NCBI RefSeq assembly: GCF_964355755.1
Contig: NC_092676.1
Location: 26,616,871 to 26,680,870, forward strand
Length of the DNA stretch: 64,000 nt
DNA from: Antedon mediterranea
Taxonomy: Eukaryota; Animalia; Echinodermata
Direction of reading: 5' to 3'
Part shown: positions 1 to 12,395 of the stretch, piece after piece
Layout of the letters: every line of letters starts with the position of its first letter
Numbering within the stretch: position 1 is the first letter of the stretch
Program-made: the position numbers and the translations under genes
The notes under the pieces: generated by a model
Database searches by the model: none
The model's input: the letters and a program-made list of their open reading frames with translations, nothing else
What the model was told of the DNA's origin: nothing

Positions 1-589
1 TGAGCAGTTTTAATCTCATCTTTTATTTGAATGATGTTATAAACAAATACATGCATATATGTTTTTGGAAGCACTTCCCATAATCAGTGTGAAGCTATAT
101 TACATGGTGCGTTTTTTGTACTCATTTTCATCGGTATTTAAATTGTATTTTTAGACTAAACCTAACTTGAATTATTGTATATATGATACACAAGTTACAG
201 GAAAAGGCAGTTTTTGTTTTTTTAGTTTTAAATCATTATACAACATTTTTCTTATTTTATCAAATAATCATGATGTCTATGGTAACATAAGTAGATTGTA
301 CCTTAATAAAGTGATCACTACTGTAACATAGTAATACTGTCTACCTACAGTACGATTATTAATTTTTCCAAAGCAAATTTCAGACTAGATTTCTCCCTGT
401 AGTCAAATGTATACTGTAATTAATTTGAGTATTTTTAGTTTATGTTATACTATAGTTTGTAGTCAAAAGCATTATTATGGTTTTCCTAGCTTTATATCAT
501 AATATATTATATTAATTACAAATGTTATGCAATGAACATTATTCTCATTCTATCAAGTAAGCATTAATATGGTAGTGGTGTTTACTGGC

Positions 590-711
590 AATGGCAACAT
601 AGCATTCAGTGATGTTTGTAATAGATGCATTCAAGTATGTGATAAGAATGGTCATGTGATCAAATCCATTGGTAAGGGTATATTGGAAGACCCATGTGGT
701 ATTCACATAGA
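590..711 (+). pseudogene. Isolated NHL-blade fragment of a TRIM-NHL gene
   Basis: Reads NGNIAFSDVCNRCIQVCDKNGHVIKSIGKGILEDPCGIHI, near-identical to an internal NHL segment of the neighbouring TRIMs, with no flanking coding sequence. Confidence 0.85.
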
Positions 712-956
712 ACCCTCTCCCTGGCTGTTTCTATCTTGTTGAAATTTATTTATGAGTGAAAATAAATTGCTTGAATAATTGCTTCAGTTGTGTTTTGCAA
801 TACTGATTTTGAAGACGTAACATCTTGTTCAAATAGATGAATGCTTTGATAACATGATTTCAAGTTTCAAAGTCCAAAAAACAATTTTATACGATTATTA
901 CTGTAAACGATTGGTTTTATTTCATGAAACTATCATTTGAGCTGGAAAATTATAAG

Positions 957-1368
957 GTAAAGCAGGATATTTGTAAAATGTTTTACTCATCAGTGATGTT
1001 ATCTATTTGGGATTATTGTGGGGTTATTGTATGTTGGTGTAATTGGTTCGTCTGTGCAAACGCTTGACTCTTTCTACAGCGAACGTCTTGGCGATGTGTT
1101 CCATGCTATATTGGAAGACACCAACCATCCTCTTCATAACAACAATATCGGCTCCGTTATCGTTAGAAGTGGTAGGATGAGGACGGTGAATGCGCAGACG
1201 GACCGTTACAAATACTCGTTCTACTCAGCTGGGATAAGGCATTATAACAAAACATTTCTTAGATAGTCCCCCTTATATTTATATTTATTTATTTTAGGCA
1301 AGCCAAGGTCATTTATGAGCCCTGTAAATTCCATTTATTTTGAACAATAAATGAATCTGTATCTGTAT
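957..1368 (+). mobile_element. 5'-truncated LINE (L2/Rex-like ORF2 C-terminus) with short ATCTGT-repeat tail
   Basis: Translates VKQDICKMFYSSVMLSIWDYC, then HPLH...SGRMR...TDRYKYSFYSAGIRHYN (ORF 1018-1266), typical of CR1-clade LINE ORF2 ends. AATAAA and an atctgt-atctgt tail follow. Paralogous flanks (e.g. 18891-18905) lack the insert. Confidence 0.7.
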
Positions 1369-1717
1369 TTAACATAAAAAATTAAATTACATTTATTTAG
1401 TTGAATTAGTTCAGTGTAGCTGTATAGTCTCCAATGCAAACAGTATAGTCAAGATACACAGTAATAGATTCTGGTTGAGCTTAACATGGATTGTTGGCTT
1501 GGATATTAGTAACTAGATTATTTTTCCTACGATTAAATGCCAAGCAGAGATTTATTGTACAGACATCCGATGATCACATGAAAAGAAGAAACCAATATAG
1601 TAAAACACAATTGATAATGGGTGGATAACTAAATTGAATTTTTTTTATTCAATAAATTGAAAAAACATGTAATTTTCTATTTATGTGTAATATATTAAAA
1701 ATTACATCTTTTGCAGA

Positions 1718-3430
1718 ATGGCTAGCAAGTATTTAAGTCTACTTGGAGATATAGATGAGAAAGTACTAGAATGTTCTATCTGTAATGGAAGGCTAGAAGA
1801 CCCAAAATCACTTAGCTGCATTCATAGTTTCTGTCTGAAGTGTTTGGAGAAATGGGTTCGTACCAATTGTGGCAAGCTAACATGCCCTATTTGTCGCAAA
1901 GAGTACCCAATACCAAAAGGAGGGCTTGAAAAACTTGCACCAAATACATTTCTTAACAACCTCTTGGAAACCATCAAACAACATGAAGAGAAATATGAGG
2001 CTAAAGGGACTGCCTTGCTGTGTGCCTCTCATGCTAAACCATTAGAAATGTATTGTACAAAATGTAAAGTACCAATATGCATAGAATGCACTGAAATGGA
2101 ACATGCCGCAGGAACAGGAAAACATGAACTAATTAACATTGTTACAGCATTTAATACGTTTAAGGAAACCTCAGAAAAATTGAAGAAAGCTGCCAATGAA
2201 TCCATGAGAAAAACAGAAAATGTACTCAAAGTAATCACAAAGAATGCTAAAGAACTAGAAGAAAGTAAAGAGGCAAGTCTCACAGATATCAATAACCAAG
2301 TTCAAGAAATGGTAAAAGTAATCCAGAAAAAAGGAGAAGAAATGAGAAAAAAAGTTAAAGCAAATTATATGGAGGAAAAGAAAGTCAATGATGTACAAAT
2401 TACAAATTTAACAAAAATAATCAAAGAATTAAAAACAATTGTGAGTTCCTTAAGTCAGTTAATAATGAGTGAGCCAGCAATTGCTATGAAATCAAGTGAG
2501 ATTGCATTAAAGAAAATGATGGATGAAATTAATAAATCTGAAAAAATCAAGCAAAAGGAGAGCAGACAAATTAACTTCTTCAGAAACAAACATCCAATTG
2601 ATTTTTTGAAAGAAAATGACATTGGCAATTTGGAATTCACACTTCACTTCACACTTCCTATCAAAGTAGATGGTAAGCCTACAGGAGTAGCAAAGTGTGA
2701 TGATGATTGCTTGCTGGTTTCATTTAACACAAATGAAATTCACAAGTACAACCAATCAGGAGAAAGTATACGCAAGATTACACTACCAGAAGATGTGATG
2801 GTTTACAGAATGTACAGAATGAAGAATGGCAACATAGCATTCAGTGATGACAGTAATAAATGCATTAAAGTATGTGATATGAATGGTCATGTGATCAAAT
2901 CCATTGCTAAGAATGCATTAAAGAGAACAATAAAGAATCCATTTGGTATTCACATAGATGAGGCAACTAATGTTATATATGTAGCAGATGGAGACAATGG
3001 ATGTGTGTTCATGTTTGACATTAATAGTGGTAAGCAGTTGAAAAAGATAGGATCACAAAATGAAGAACATGGATACACTGATGTTGCACTTACAAAAACT
3101 GGTAAAGTACTTGTATCAGATGCAGGACACAATCAAGTATTATTGTATGATGACAATGACAAGTCAATGAAAGTACTCATCAATAGAGGATATGAAGATG
3201 GTAAGGTGTGGTACCCATATGGAGTTGTAGTTGATGAGGATGATAACATCATCATTGCAAGTAACAACAAACTACAACTATTCAGTAGTGATGGACATTT
3301 TATCAAAAGAATTGATCAACAAGAAGATGGAATTAAGTCACCAGAGCAGTTATGTATCATTTCTCATAACCAATGTATGGTTGCTGTAGCAAACTACTTT
3401 GACAACACGATCAAATCATTTAATTATTAA
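1718..3430 (+). CDS. TRIM-NHL copy 1, intact (570 aa): RING C3HC4, B-box2, coiled coil, NHL propeller; TRIM2/3/56/71-like E3 ligase
   Basis: RING CSIC...CIHSFCLKC...CPIC; B-box CASH...YCTKCKVPICIEC...H...H; K/E-rich heptads; NHL repeats (PTGVA, PFGIHID, PYGVVVD). Acceptor ttgcag lies 1 nt before the ATG. Confidence 0.93.
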   Translation: MASKYLSLLGDIDEKVLECSICNGRLEDPKSLSCIHSFCLKCLEKWVRTNCGKLTCPICRKEYPIPKGGLEKLAPNTFLNNLLETIKQHEEKYEAKGTALLCASHAKPLEMYCTKCKVPICIECTEMEHAAGTGKHELINIVTAFNTFKETSEKLKKAANESMRKTENVLKVITKNAKELEESKEASLTDINNQVQEMVKVIQKKGEEMRKKVKANYMEEKKVNDVQITNLTKIIKELKTIVSSLSQLIMSEPAIAMKSSEIALKKMMDEINKSEKIKQKESRQINFFRNKHPIDFLKENDIGNLEFTLHFTLPIKVDGKPTGVAKCDDDCLLVSFNTNEIHKYNQSGESIRKITLPEDVMVYRMYRMKNGNIAFSDDSNKCIKVCDMNGHVIKSIAKNALKRTIKNPFGIHIDEATNVIYVADGDNGCVFMFDINSGKQLKKIGSQNEEHGYTDVALTKTGKVLVSDAGHNQVLLYDDNDKSMKVLINRGYEDGKVWYPYGVVVDEDDNIIIASNNKLQLFSSDGHFIKRIDQQEDGIKSPEQLCIISHNQCMVAVANYFDNTIKSFNY

Positions 3431-4483
3431 TGTGTAAAAAGAAACACAGTTGAATGAAAGATCAATTACATTAAATCAAAATCATTAATTAGTTTATTAA
3501 TAATTTATTGTCTTAATTACACAAAGTTCAACATTTAAAAACAATCTTCAAATAAATTGGAAAGATTTGTTTAAAATAATATTCAAAATAACAAAACTTC
3601 TGATGGAATAATGCCTTGTATCATTTTAACTATTGTATATATACTATAATTGTGTCATCAAAAATAAATGTTTCTTGAGTTTTGTAAATTTTAATACTGT
3701 TGTAGAAATGCTGTAAAAGCTTAAACACAGATATTAATGAAGAAATTATTTGATATATAGAAGATAAGTCACTCTGTTTATGTAGGCATTTGAAGGGACT
3801 ATACATTGTGTATACAACTTGTTTGAGCAGTTTTAATCTCATCTTTTATTTGAACGACGGTTATACACAAATACATACATGTTTTGGGAAACACTTCCCA
3901 TCAGTGTAAAGCTATATTACATGGTGCGTTTATTTGTACTCATTTTCACCGGTATTTAAATAGTATTTTTAGAATAAGCCTAATTTGAATTATTGTATAT
4001 GTTATACTTACAGGCTAAGGCATATATATATGTTTAGTATTTTTAGAATAAAACCAATTTTAATTATTGTATATAATATGTAGACTTGCAGGCAAAGGCA
4101 GTTTTTGTTTTTCTAGTTTTAAATCATTATACAACATTATTCTTATTTTATCATCATTTTAAGCATAGATGTCTATGGTAATAATGGAAGTAGATTGTAC
4201 TTTAATAAAGTGATCACATACATTTTTAAAGCAAATGTCAGACTAGTTTTCGCCCTGAAATCAAATGTATACTGTAATTAATTTGAGTATTTTGAGTTCA
4301 TGTTATAAATAGCATCTATTTCAAATTAGAAAACACTTTGCATTGATCCGAATGTAAATATAGAACATTGTTGTCAAATCATCGGATACCAAGAGAGCAT
4401 ATTCTGATCACACAAGTGGTCATTAAATAGAGACCCACCTTGAACTATCAGTATTAGAGTAAATTAAATTTAGATTTATTTAC

Positions 4484-5288
4484 CACCTCCAGTGAAATTA
4501 TTTCCGTAATTTGCATCTCCTCCGCTCGGGGCATTACCAGCTTTTGCGCTATAGCGCCCTCCAGGTGGATGGTACACTCCACGAGCTCCTCGCTGTTTAT
4601 TGCCACCGCCTACTGTTGCTTTTTTAGCAGGTCCTGACTCAGAAAATGTGATTGGGGTGATGTTACCTCTCTTTACACTAGAATAACACAAAATAAAATT
4701 GAATCTAAATATATAAATGTCTTTAATTATGTGTGACTAATAATGTCTACACTATCAAACTAGTTTGACAAAAAAAAGTGTGATGTGCCCAAATATGGTA
4801 GTGATGATGTCATCATGTCTATATATGGGCACATCACATTTTTTTGGTCAAATAATATTTGATAATGTAGACAGAGCTTAAATTATGAGACACAATTTGT
4901 TCATTGTCATGCAAATGTTAAAACACCAAAAAAAGTTAATATATTATTATTTCATATTAGGCAATTATATTCACATACTTTTGTTGTTGTTGTGTTTGTT
5001 CTGTTGTAGCTTTCTGGATCGGTTTCCATGACAATGTAATGATGCATCCGTAGCCTGGTGGGTTACTTAACAAGTCCTAGAGTAAACAAAATAATGAATA
5101 TTTAGTATTTTATCCTTAATTTAACAAAAAATATTGGTTGTTATCTTAAGAGCGACAACTTTGATCTTATTTTTTTTTATTTATTTTTTTTATTCTCGTC
5201 AGATTTCAATACATCTCCTGTTTTATCTCGCAGGTCTGCCCTCAGTTGTTTCATGTAAACTTGGTTACCACGTGCAAAATACTGTAAT
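4484..5288 (-). pseudogene. API5: API5 copy C, 3' exons (5288-~5133 LQYFARG, 5076-~4979 DL..NPPGY, 4677-4484 SVKRG...YHPPGGRYS), degraded
   Basis: Matches the API5 C-terminus (RLQYFARG...KIKVVALKIT; TLSWKP; YxPPxGxYS). The LQYF exon has a T-rich insertion and has lost its donor. The terminal exon and the KNVHST/EYMPLPP exons are absent. Confidence 0.85.
4741..4880. mobile_element. MITE (GCTCTGTCTACAC TIR family), degenerate left end
   Basis: gtctacactatcaaac...tgtgatgtgccc...gggcacatcaca...gtagacagagc forms an imperfect palindrome; same family as 30460-30639. Confidence 0.65.
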
Positions 5289-6263
5289 CTGTAAAAACAA
5301 TAAAAAAATATAATTTAATGATTTATTGAATATATGTAAAATTTTATATATTAAATCTTGACTCGTCAGTGCTGTCCGAGTTGAATGCCAACAAGACAAG
5401 TAATCTGTAGAAACTTGAGATAGCGTCGACAGAGTTTTTGTTTAATTTTCTCTCGACAAGTCAACTCGTCGGGCATCGTTGCAACGGACGCTATCTGAGT
5501 CGTGAGGTAATTTCACAATTGATCATAATCACAATGGTACTAGGTTTGGTCTACTAGCGTTCCTGCTCCCAACTCGTCATCAATTCATAGAAGCCTTGAT
5601 CAGGTAAGCCTACCTGGTTGGTGACGACTATAGAATGGTCCCGAGATAATGCCTATACTACAGCAAAGTGGAAATATGTGTTCTGTCTTTATTATTCAAG
5701 AGTCACTAGAGTTACGTAATAACGCCACTGCCTAGTTCACATGTAAAGGCAATGTGTAAGCCAGCCTTACACTGTTTATGTAGTTTATTCAAAACTTTAA
5801 ATTGTGTTCAGAGATTTGTCATATATTATGTACTCATACAGTATAAGGCCCTAACCAAGTATTGCTTCAATGAACAATTCTAATCATATTCGATTTTGTA
5901 AAACCATTGATAAACAAATCATGGTGCTATAGAAATGTAAGTGTATAGGTCCATGAACAAACTTCTTTGTGGTAGACTGATTCAGTTCACTGATTCAGTT
6001 CAGTGTTTTTTGATTTTGCTATAGTCAAACCTAGTTTAGAAGACAGCTCCAATAACAAGACATTTTAAGGTGGAAAAACCAACTTTATTTAATTATTGGA
6101 AAATAATTTTGTTTTAAAATTTGAGCGGCACAAGTACATATTTAACATATAAATTGGATAAGTGGATTTAATCTATTATCTATACAAATAGCCAATGCTA
6201 TATAGGCGAGGCTGGAGTATATAATTATTAATATATATATACAATTATAACTACTATTGCAGG

Positions 6264-7924
6264 ATGGCTAGCAAGAATTTAAGTCTACTTGGAGATATAG
6301 ATGAGAAAGTACTAGAATATGCTATCTGTAATGGAAGGCTAGAAGACCCAAAATCATTTAGCTGTCATCATACCTTCTGTCTGAAATGTTTGAAGAATTG
6401 GGTTCAAACCAATCATGGCAAGCTAACATGTCCGAATTGTCGCAAAGAATACTCTATTCCAGTATTCTTAACAACCTCTTGGAAACCATCAAACAACATG
6501 AAAAAAAAGAAGATGTTAAAGGCACTGCCTCTTTGTGCACCTCTCATGCTAAACCATTACAGATGTATTGCACAAAATGTAAAGTACCAATATGCATAGA
6601 ATGCACTGCAATGGAACATGCCGCAGGAGATGGAAAACATGAACTAATTAACATTGTAACAGCATTTAATACGTTTAAGGAAACCTCAGAAGACTTAAAG
6701 AAAGCTGCCAATGAATCCATAAAAAAAACAGAAAATGTACTTAAAGTAGTCACAAAGAATGCTAAAGAACTAGAAGAAAGTAAAGAGGCAAGTCTCACAG
6801 ATATTGATAACCAAGTTCAAGAAATGGTAAAAGTAATCCAGAAAAAAGGAGAAGAAATGAGAAAAAAAGTTAAAGCAAATTATATGGAGGAAAAGAAAGT
6901 CAATGATGTACAAATTACAAATTTAACAAAAATCATCTCTGAATTAAACACAAGTGTGAGTTCCCTAAATCAGTTACTAATGAGTGAGCCAGCAATGGCT
7001 TTGAAATCAAGTGAGATTGTATTAAATACAATGATGGATGAAATTAATAAATCTGAAGAAACCAAGCAAAAGGACAGCAGACAAATTAACTTCATCAGAA
7101 ACAAAAAACCAATTGATTTACTGAAAGAGAATGACATTGGAAATGTTCTATTCAAACCACTTCCTATCAAAGTAAAGGGTAACCCTTTTGGAGTAGTAAA
7201 GTGTGATGATGATTGCTTGCTGGTTTCATTTTGGACAAATGAAATTCATAAGTACAAACTATCAGGAGAATGTATAAGCAAGATTACACTACCAAGAGGT
7301 GTGGAAGTTAGCAGAATGTACAGAATGAAGAATGGCAACATAGCATTCAGTGATGTTGGTAATAAATGCATTCAAGTATGTAATATGAATGGTCATGTCA
7401 TCAAATCCATTGGTAAGGGTGTATTGAAATATCCATGTGGTATTCACATAGATGAGGCAACTAATGTTATATATGTAGCAGATGGAAGAAATGGATGTGT
7501 GTTCATGTTTGACATTAATAGTGGTAAGATGTTGAAGAAGATAGGTTCACAAAATGAAAAATATGGATACTCTAATGTTACACTTACAAAAACTGGTAAA
7601 GTACTTGCAACAGATAGAGGTAATCATCAAGTATTATTGTATGATGACAAGGACAAGTCAATGAAAGTACTCATCAATGAAGGAGTTGAAGATGGTAAGG
7701 TGATGATGCCACGTGGGGTTGTAGTTGATGAGGATGATAACATCATCATAGCAAGTGACAGCAAACTACAACTATTCAGTAGTGATGGACAATTTATCAA
7801 AAGAATTGATAAACAAGAAGATGGAATTAGTGTACCAAAGCAATTTTGTATTATTTCTGATAACTCATGTATGGTTGCTTTAGCAAACTACCTCATCAAG
7901 ACGATCAAAATATTTAATTATTAA
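6264..7924 (+). pseudogene. TRIM-NHL copy 2, frameshifted just after the RING
   Basis: 31-nt deletion at ~6464 relative to paralogs (GGLEKLAPNT missing) and first RING Cys replaced by Tyr (LEYAIC). B-box, coiled coil and NHL remain open in ORF 6386-7924. Confidence 0.88.
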
Positions 7925-7960
7925 TGTATAAAAATATTACATTAAAGAAACAAAGTCAAA

Positions 7961-9154
7961 CTAGATTTAATTCGTTACTATGATGGTTATTTATATGCAT
8001 TGATTTAAATAAAGATAACTGATTTTTAAATTATTATTTCGTTTCGTCTCCCAAGGTGAGACTCGATCTCGGTACCTTGAATGCTGTAGACATGAGCACA
8101 GACCACCGAGCCATATACAACTGACTAAAAGTTGTAGAAATATTTCTCTGTGTATTTACTATGCAGTAACCACTTTGGTGAAGATAGATTATTACATAAC
8201 GCAATGAATCATAATTTTTTACTATGATGATATCTTTAAAAATTAAAAAAAATGATGCACTGTCAAAGTATATACTTTTAACTTTAATATATGAATATTT
8301 TAAAGAAGAAGGTTAATGTTAAGTTTGTTATTTCGGTCCAAGAAAATGTCATAGTTTGTTCGATTGTTGAAATTGAAATTGTTTTATTTAATATGCAATT
8401 AATGATGATGTAATCAACTTTTTTTCTCTTAATTTCATAATAAATCATACATATGATACATACACTTTAAGAAAATGAAATGAAAAATAGGGTTTCCCGA
8501 GCATTCTGACGATTTATGTTAATTTTAAAATGTAGCATATTTTCACCATTTTGGTAAATTACACGTGCGTAGCCTGTTAATTTTAACGTGCTCGTATAAC
8601 ATGGTTTCAAATTGAAAAGTGAATAAAATATGATGAAATTGCTAAAGATATGTTGTTAAACAGAAATCAGGCAAAAAGAGTGCGCATTACAGTTTAACGC
8701 GATGTACGCATGCAAGATTCTGCGCACTCATAGCAATTTTTAAACACTTGAAATTGCCTGAAACGTACTCTAATTTCATCAAAAATAATTTTTGACAATT
8801 TTGAAAATGGTAAGCGCGCGTACGCATGCGTTATGTGCGCTACGCACATATTTTTATTGTCATATGATGAAATATGACCTGAAATTTATGAGTACCAAAT
8901 TTGGTTTAATTATAATACATGCTTGTGAAGATATGATTACAAACGTGATTTCGTTAAATCATGCGTAGACTGCCTAATTTTTTATTGCACACCGTGAAAA
9001 GATAACGACATCGATTCCTGGCAATTAGGAATATACTCTGAAAAATTGACGTAGCTAGATGAAACTGATCTCAAGATAATTGAGGGACAAAATAGTGCTT
9101 AGGAAAGAACAAATATGGAGAAATAAATTATGCATGATAATGCATATAACCTAA
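7961..9154 (-). mobile_element. Non-autonomous Helitron/Helentron-like element
   Basis: Minus-strand 3' end ...acgaattaaatCTAG matches the ends at 22490-22509 and 24950-24968. It interrupts the conserved TRIM 3' flank (aagaaacaaag...gatcaattac) and has a CpG-rich interior. Confidence 0.6.
8047..8115 (-). pseudogene. Degenerate tRNA-like / SINE-head sequence inside the Helentron-like element
   Basis: Minus strand has TGGCTCGGTGG (A-box-like) and GAGATCGAGTCTC (B-box/T-arm-like) at tRNA spacing; no clean cloverleaf. Confidence 0.35.
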
Positions 9155-10518
9155 TTAACGATCAATTACATTAAATCAATATTATCTATTAATTAGTTTA
9201 TTTTTTAATTTATTGTGTTAATTACACAAAGCTTAACATTTAAAACAATCTTCAAATAAATTGGAAAGATTTGTTTAAAATAAAACTCAAAACAAGAAAA
9301 TGTTTATTTTTAAAATTTCATATGAGGTCAAACTTGGTTGAATGACTTGTATTTTCTAACTTGAATATCATTTGAACTAATGTTATAATTATGTCATCAT
9401 TGAAAAATAAATGGTTTTTTTAGTTTTGTAAATGTTAACATTGATGTAGAAATACTGTAAAAGCTAAGTAAACACAGACATGAAGAAATCATCTGAAATA
9501 GAAGATAATAAGTCACACTGTTTATGTAGGCGTTTGAAGGGACAAGACATTGTGTATACAACTTGTTTGAGCAGTTTTAATCTCGTCTTTTATTTGAACA
9601 ACGACGATTATAAACGAATACATGCACATGTTTTGGGAAACACTTCCCATAATCAGTGTAAAGCTATATTACATGGTGCGTTTATTTGTACTCATTTTTC
9701 TTATTTTATCAAGTAGGCATAGATGTCTATGGTAATGGAAGTAGATTGTACCTTAATAAAGTGATCACATACTGTATATAGTAATACTGTCTACTTAGTA
9801 ATGTTAATTTTTAAAAAAGCAAATGTCAGACTAGTTTTCTCCTTGAATTCCAGGGCCTAAAAGTAGTTAAAAAAGGGCTGAACTTAATTTGATGTCCTAT
9901 CTTTTGCATTACAATTTTTTTAATTTAGAGGGGGCCCAGGCCGACTGGGGCCACCTTGAATCCGGCTCCTGGCTGTTTCTATCTTGTTGAAATTGTATTG
10001 ATTATTTATGAGTGACAATAACTTGAGTGCTTGAATAAATGCTTCAGTTGTGTTTTGCAATACTGATTTTGAAGGCGTAACACCTTGTTCAAACAGATGA
10101 ATGCTTTGATAACATGATGATCATGAAAGTTTCAAAGTGCAAAAACCAACTTTATTCGATTACTGTAAATGATTGGTTTTAATTCCTGAAACTATCATTT
10201 GAGCTGGGAAAAAGGTATTTAACATAAAAAATGATATTAGATTTATTTAGTTGTATTAGTTCAGTATAGCTGTAGTCTCCTATGCAAACAGCTAGTCAAG
10301 ATAAACACTAATAGATTCTTGTTGTGTTAACATGGATTGTTGGCTTGGATATTAGTAACTAGATTATTTTTCCTACAATTAAATGCCAAGCAGAGATGTA
10401 TTGTACAGGCATCCGATGATCACATGACAAGACGTAACCAGTATAGTAAAACCCAATTGATAATGGGTGGATAAATAAATAAATTGCATTTTTTTAATAA
10501 AATAAAATCTTTTGCAGA

Positions 10519-12225
10519 ATGGCTAGCAAGGATTTAAATCTACTTGGAGATATAAATGATAAACTAGAATGTTCTATCTGTAATGGAAGGCTAGAAGACC
10601 CAAAATCACTTGGCTGCCTTCATAGTTTCTGTCTGAAGTGTTTGGAAAATTGGGTTCAAACCAACAATGGACAGCTAATATGTCCTATTTGTCGCAAAGA
10701 GTATCCCATACCAGTAGGAGGGCTTCAAAAGCTTGCCCCAAATACAATTCTTAACAACCTCTTGGAAACCATCAAACAACATGAAGAGAAAGATGAGGCT
10801 AAAAGCACTGCTTCTTTGTGCGTCTCTCATGCTAAACCATTAGAAATGTATTGCACAAAATGTAAAGTACCAATATGCATAGAATGCACTGAAATGGAAC
10901 ATGCCGCAGGAGATGGAAAACATGAACTAATTAACATTGTAACAGCATTTAATACGTTTAAGGAAACATCAGAAGACTTGAAGAAAGCTGCCAATGTATT
11001 CATAAGAAAAACAGAAAATGTACTTAAAGTAGTCACAAAGAATGCTAAAGAACTAGAAGAAAGTAAAGCGGCAAGTCTCAAAGATGTTGATAACCAAGTT
11101 CAAGAAATAGTACAAGTAATCAAGAAAAAAGGAGATGAAATGAGAACAAAAGTTGAAGCAAATTATATGGAGAAAAAGGAAGTCAATGATGTACAAATTA
11201 CAAATTTAACAAAAATAATCAAAGAATTAAACACAATTGTGAGTTCCTTAAATCAGTTACTAATGAGTGAGCCATCAACTGCTATGAAATCAAATGAGAT
11301 TATATTAAATAAAATGATGGATGAAATCAACAAATCTGAAGAAATCAAGCAAAAGGACAGCAGACAAATTAACTTCATCAGAAACGAACAGCTAATTGAT
11401 TTATTAAAAAAAAATGACATTGGAAATGTTGTATTCAAACCACTTCTTATCAAAGTAGAGGGGGAGCCTTGTGGAGTAGCAATGTGTAATGATGATTGTT
11501 TGCTGGTTTCAATTAACACAAATGAAATTCACAAGTACAACAAATCAGGAGAAAGTATAAGCAAGATTACACTACCAGAAAGTGTTATGGTTTATAGAAT
11601 GTACAGAATGAAGAATGGCAACATAGCATTCATTGATTGGGGTAATGAATGCATTAAAGTATGTGATATGAATGGTCATGTGATCAAATCCATTGGTAAG
11701 AAGAGTCCATTCAAGAGAACAATAAAGGATCCAAGTGGTATTCACATAGATGAGGCAACTAATGTTATATATGTAACAGATTGGGACATGAAATGTGTGT
11801 TTATGTTTGACATAATTAATGGTAAGCTGTTGAAGAAGATAGTATCACAAAATGAAGAACAAAGATACACTGATGTTGCACTTACAAAAACTGGTAAAGT
11901 ACTTGTAACAGATGCAGGAAAGCATCAAGTATTATTGTATGATGACAAGGACAAGTCACTGAAAGTACTCATCAATGAAGGAGTTGAAGATGGTAATGTG
12001 AGGTACCCATATGGAGTTGTAGTTGATGAGGATGATAACATCATCATAGCAAGTTACCACAAACTACAACTATTCAGTAGTGATGGACATTTTATCAAAA
12101 GAATTGATCAACAAGAAGATGGAATTATAAGTACACCACCTCAGTTATGTATCATTTCTCATAACCCATGTATGGTGGCTGTAGCACATAGGGGTGACAA
12201 CACAATCAAAATATTTAATTATTAA
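10519..12225 (+). CDS. TRIM-NHL copy 3, intact (568 aa)
   Basis: Full RING, B-box, coiled coil and NHL ORF; acceptor tttgcag 1 nt before the ATG. Confidence 0.93.
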   Translation: MASKDLNLLGDINDKLECSICNGRLEDPKSLGCLHSFCLKCLENWVQTNNGQLICPICRKEYPIPVGGLQKLAPNTILNNLLETIKQHEEKDEAKSTASLCVSHAKPLEMYCTKCKVPICIECTEMEHAAGDGKHELINIVTAFNTFKETSEDLKKAANVFIRKTENVLKVVTKNAKELEESKAASLKDVDNQVQEIVQVIKKKGDEMRTKVEANYMEKKEVNDVQITNLTKIIKELNTIVSSLNQLLMSEPSTAMKSNEIILNKMMDEINKSEEIKQKDSRQINFIRNEQLIDLLKKNDIGNVVFKPLLIKVEGEPCGVAMCNDDCLLVSINTNEIHKYNKSGESISKITLPESVMVYRMYRMKNGNIAFIDWGNECIKVCDMNGHVIKSIGKKSPFKRTIKDPSGIHIDEATNVIYVTDWDMKCVFMFDIINGKLLKKIVSQNEEQRYTDVALTKTGKVLVTDAGKHQVLLYDDKDKSLKVLINEGVEDGNVRYPYGVVVDEDDNIIIASYHKLQLFSSDGHFIKRIDQQEDGIISTPPQLCIISHNPCMVAVAHRGDNTIKIFNY

Positions 12226-12395
12226 TGTATAAAATATAACATTGCATTAAAGAAACAAAGTTAAATCAAAGATCAATTACATTAATCCAAATTATTTATT
12301 AATTAGTTTATTATCTTAAGTACACAAATCTTACAATTTAAAAAGAATCATTAATTAAAAATAAAACCTAAAATAACCAATATTATTTTTAAAAT

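Noticed and set aside
2029-2292. Recurrent minus-strand ORFs (MRLASLLSSSSLAFF..., ...LICLLSFCLISS...) in every TRIM copy
   Set aside because: Antisense shadows of K/E-rich coiled-coil codons; their recurrence is explained by the sense gene.
1718-3430. Assigning a specific symbol (TRIM71/lin-41, TRIM2/3, TRIM56)
   Set aside because: Single B-box, no filamin domain and a lineage-specific expansion; orthology cannot be determined without a phylogeny.
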